Source: Eledone cirrhosa
Taxonomy: Eukaryota
DNA length: 64,000 bases
Direction of reading: 5' to 3'
Assembly: GCA_964016885.1 (NCBI GenBank)
Contig: OZ024753.1
Span: 37,572,001 to 37,636,000 of the forward strand
Shown: piece by piece, positions 58,966 to 64,000 of the stretch
Layout: each line of letters starts with the position of its first letter
Numbering within the stretch: the first letter of the stretch is position 1
Notes under the pieces: generated by a model
What the model was told of the DNA's origin: nothing
What the model saw: only the letters and a program-made list of their open reading frames with translations
The model's database searches: none
Made by a program: the position numbers and the translations under genes

Positions 58966-60420
58966 TTTTATGCTACTTCGCACCCTCCATATATTTCGTC
59001 AATTCTGTCCTCATTAGCTTACCTTAACTTTACTTAAGTCAGTTTTTTAGATATCGTTGCGTGTATGATAGTGTAATTTTTATTCCTTTTTGTAAACATT
59101 TGTAACGATATATTAAATTTTATATACTTTAATGACTGAGACTATAGCTAATTTTATACTACCTTATCGGACGGGTTTGATATTTTTAATATTAATTTAT
59201 CAAATAGGGTTGGGAATCATTTAAAATGATCGTTTTCCTGGGTGTTTACCAAATTTCTTAATGCACGCGGGACTTAAGTGTGTACACATTTGCTTCGTTT
59301 TGTAATTTCCGGTTGATTGTTTTTATTTACCACTCACTGTCTGGCTTTGCTCATCCACATATGTCTGTCTACTAACCTTGAAATTATAAGTATTTATTTA
59401 TATATTATATGCCTATTTTTAAAATATATTACATTATGATATAGATCCTTATTACTTACCGTTTATTATATATAACATTAAGATACTTAAACTTTATATT
59501 TTTTAATATTTTAATATTTTAATATTTTAATATTTTTAATATTTTAATATTGTAGTATGTAACATTATGGTATTTAGACTTTACATATCATGTTAGATGT
59601 CTATATATTTTTTCTGTAACAACATATTTTTTCTGTAACATCATAATTGTTCCCTGTACCAATATAGTTTTTTTGAGTATTATTGTATTATTGTATTATA
59701 TTTCCCCATTTATTATGTAACCCAATATGAACCATGTTGTACATATTGATTATGGTAATTGTTAATATAATGTTAACAACTTATCATTGTATTTCACTGT
59801 GACATCTATATTGTTTCTGTAAATTAACCGGAGATTATATATATTCTTATTTTATATATATTCTACTTTATTATATTGTATTATATTATATAATTTTGTT
59901 GTTTATTATTTATTATAAGTGTTTCTTGTAATTATTGCCCCATGTATATTTAGTAGATGTATTAGCATTATTTTCACTATTACCATGCTTATTTTTAATA
60001 TTTTTGATGTTTAAACTTCCAATAGGGCTTAATTTCTGTGTAATGGAAAATAGATATGTGTATTGTAATATGTGTGTGTGTGTGTGTGTGTGTGTGCGCA
60101 CATATATACATGTATATATTGTACCTTTTGATTTTTGATTTGGAATTTCAGTGTTGGTATAGATATATTATTATTATAATGTATTATACTGTGTTATATA
60201 TAATTCCTGTTCTATATAACCAAATTTGTTTAGATTTAAGTTGGTGACTTTGGACCATATTTGTAATATGGTTCTTAATGTTATCTACATCCTTAGTTAT
60301 TATAATTTTATTAGTTTTATCTTCATTTTTATTATCGTATATCCTTGTAAGACATTAGTGTATGTAAACTCCATATTCTTCAGAGTTTCTGGCTTGTATC
60401 TGCCGAAATTACCTCTTGTT

Positions 60421-60477
60421 GTTTTGATTGCCCTGATGAGTCCTTAATAGGACGAAACATTGTCGGCTAATAAAAAC
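60421..60477 (+). ncRNA. Canonical minimal type-I hammerhead ribozyme of the PLE pLTR
   Basis: gtttt-g-att-gcc CTGATGA gtcct-taat-aggac GAAAC ATT GTC ggc-t-aat-a-aaaac. Confidence 0.92.
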
Positions 60478-60518
60478 TTTTGATGTATTAAAGGATTCTT
60501 TGTTTTACTCTCTTAATA

Positions 60519-60569
<51 letters not shown>

Positions 60570-60770
60570 GCATATATATATGTACATATAAGTACATATG
60601 TACATATAAGTATATATATAAGTATATATATAAGTATATATATATGTGTGTGTATATATATATATATATATACATATATATATACTTATATATATACTTA
60701 TATATACATATATATATAATATATACATATATATATATATTATGTATATATATATTATATATATATATAT

Positions 60771-60825
<55 letters not shown>

Positions 60826-60905
60826 ACACATATATATATATATGCATATATATATATCTATATATATATATTTATATATATATATACATATATATATACT
60901 TATAT

Positions 60906-60985
<80 letters not shown>

Positions 60986-61727
60986 ACATACATATATTTA
61001 TACATACATACATACGAACATATATGCGTTACGTGTGTACATGTGCACGTGTATACATGTGTACGTGTGTACGTGTGTATATATGTGTGTATATATGTGT
61101 ATGAATATATGTCAACAAGTGGCGGAAGTAATAGCTGTTATTGGGATTCTAGTGACATCTTCAAAATTATCTCTTAATTGTCTTTAAGCTTCAATACAAC
61201 TTACATCCGTGTCAAAAGTCAACTTAAGATGAGTTCTTGTCAGTTGTTGTCAAAGTACTTTGATCTGTTTTGATATTAATAAATAGGTTATTTCTATTAT
61301 AGTTATGTAACATATTTTTGCTGTTGTAGTTGATATTATTGTCGTTTTTCGTGCTCTTTTTGTTATATTTCCATACTGTATATTATATTTATATTCTATA
61401 ATTGTGTAGTGGGTAGTGTAGTTGTTTTGTAGTGTGTGAGGTTCAGGGCAAGGTAAGAAGAACAAGCTGTAAGGAGCTGAGAGGGAGAAGCTAGAATATA
61501 ATATTAATAAAATACAATAAGCATGATAAACCTTGTTTCAAAACGATGTATGGTATATACACTTTGTGTTTTATTATTCGTTTAGGTGAAGGGAGATGTG
61601 TAGAAAGATGGACGTAGGAGAGTTAATGTTAGAAATAGAATTAGGGTTAGGGTTAGAGTTAGAAGTAGGATTAGGATTAGTTTTAGTATAGAGTCGAAAA
61701 AGAGTCTTGTGTCTATGTTAGAAACCG

Positions 61728-61812
<85 letters not shown>

Positions 61813-61938
61813 GTAAAAACTTATAAAATTATAAAACCAGAGAAACATACATACACACACATACACACATACATACATACATACACGCATCTATAAACAA
61901 ACATACACATATGCAGAGGAACACATCCACAGAGAAAA

Positions 61939-62017
<79 letters not shown>

Positions 62018-62261
62018 ACCACACAGACTCGCACGTTCACACATTGCATTTCATTTAAACGTGTTGCTATGTATAGTATAATATAGTTATTGTGACAGAG
62101 GTGAGTCTCTTGAGAGACAAGGCTGTATGGAGAAGGCTGTGCTGTTTATAAAAGGAAGCCTTTATAAGCCATGAACAGGCTTACGTCAGCAACCACAACT
62201 ATGGCGATTGACATATACACCATACCATACCACATCACATGTACACATACACCATACTACA

Positions 62262-62495
62262 TTATACTACACATACACCATACCAGAGCACACCACACAT
62301 TCACAATACCACACAACAGCATACATACACCACAAAACACCTCGCCACATCATACCACACCACATCACACACATACAATAGTACACATACACCATACCAG
62401 AGCACACCACACATTCACAATACCACACAACAGCATACATACACCACAAAACACCTCGCCACATCATGCCACAGCACATCACACACATACACTAT
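62262..62495. repeat. 114-bp tandem duplication in CA-rich low-complexity DNA
   Basis: taccagagcacaccacacattcacaatac at 62281 and 62395. Confidence 0.85.
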
Positions 62496-62673
62496 ACTAC
62501 ATCACGCCACTCTACATCTCACCACACGTACACCACAAAACACCCCGCCACATCGTCCTGTACATACACCACGCCATCATGGTGGTGGTGGTGCTGGTAC
62601 TGATGGTCGTCATGATGTTGCTATTGTTACTGTTGCTGTTTCATATATATTTACATATATGTACGTATGTATG

Positions 62674-62720
<47 letters not shown>

Positions 62721-62722
<2 letters not shown>

Positions 62723-63021
62723 AAGGCGGGTAAAATTCCCGAGATCCATGGACGAGCTCTCTCCAGCGGTCTCTGTCCCTCATTATCGCTGCCATGTCCT
62801 GCATCTCCAACAGACCAGTGTCTGTCCTTAGGGCATCAACATACGTTAACCTTGGTCTTCCTCTTCTAGTGTGTCCATGTAGGGGCTCCCACAGGAGCAC
62901 TGAGTGCAATGTCAACTCTGGATGTCGGTGAGCATGTCCAGCTAACCTCAGTCTCCTCTGTGTCACTTTTGAGCTGACTTTTGGGATGCTCCCATACAGC
63001 TCTGAGTTGTTCATCCTCAGT
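62721..63021 (-). pseudogene. RTE-like LINE 3' end, second copy, (TA)n on both sides
   Basis: LRMNNSELYGSIPKVSSKVTQRRLRLAGHAHRHPE...GRPRLTYVDAL...DRDRWRELVHGSREFYPP* followed by (TA)n. Confidence 0.87.
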
Positions 63022-63052
63022 GTATATATATATTATATATATATATATTATA

Positions 63053-63124
<72 letters not shown>

Positions 63125-63160
63125 ATATATATTATATATATTATATATATATATATATAT

Positions 63161-63242
<82 letters not shown>

Positions 63243-63267
63243 ATATATATTATATATATATATATAT

Positions 63268-63299
<32 letters not shown>

Positions 63300-63320
63300 T
63301 ATATATATATATATATATTA

Positions 63321-63437
<117 letters not shown>

Positions 63438-63458
63438 TATATATATATATATATATTA

Positions 63459-63531
<73 letters not shown>

Positions 63532-63629
63532 ATATATATTATATATATATATATTATATATATATATATATTATATATATATATATATTATATATTATAT
63601 ATATATATTATATATATATATATTATATA

Positions 63630-63750
<121 letters not shown>

Positions 63751-64000
63751 ATATTATATATATATATATATTCTGTAAAAGTGATAATGGTGGCTATGTT
63801 ACCTTCATAAATTAACTGTTCTTCTTAATCTATTAGTGATGTCTTTACTTTGAATGTTATATCGATTCAATTGAACTGTCATAACACTTTACTTCCTAAA
63901 CAAGCTTCGGAAAGGTTTCAAGTAAAACTGGCTGAATGTGTTCGATGGTAATGTAATTTTATATGAAATCTATCTAAATAATTACTATTCCCCGACGACG

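Larger units (their letters stand above)
57722..60517 (+). mobile_element. 5'-truncated Penelope-like retroelement with an inverted pLTR arm (57722-57902), inserted in (TA)n
   Basis: 57822-57902 is the reverse complement of 60436-60517; GIY-YIG C-terminus, ~2.2-kb 3' region, terminal HHR. Confidence 0.88.

Noticed and set aside
61634-61690. TTAGGG-like run as a telomere
   Set aside because: Only two perfect units in degenerate context; internal position

Overview
AT-rich eukaryotic non-genic DNA, probably an octopus or other cephalopod (inferred from the extreme (TA)n/(TG)n/(GATA)n load and the SINE and LINE families). No host protein-coding exon can be supported, and nearly all listed ORFs are microsatellite artefacts. 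The window is a mosaic of microsatellites, minisatellites, tRNA-derived SINEs and truncated retroelements (RTE, Tx1-like, CRE-like, R4/Dong-like), plus a mariner fragment. The main hidden signal is about 14 type-I hammerhead ribozyme (HHR) motifs from roughly 9-10 sequence families. Most sit in (TA)n-flanked non-coding elements with a tail-out inverted architecture. Two are tandem arrays of ~510-570-bp units with one HHR per unit (retrozyme-like; 28.2-30.3 kb and 42.7-43.8 kb). A 5'-truncated Penelope-like element (PLE) with a GIY-YIG C-terminus, an HHR and an inverted arm (57.7-60.5 kb) points to the likely mobilising machinery. All structures were paired by eye; no folding or database search was run.
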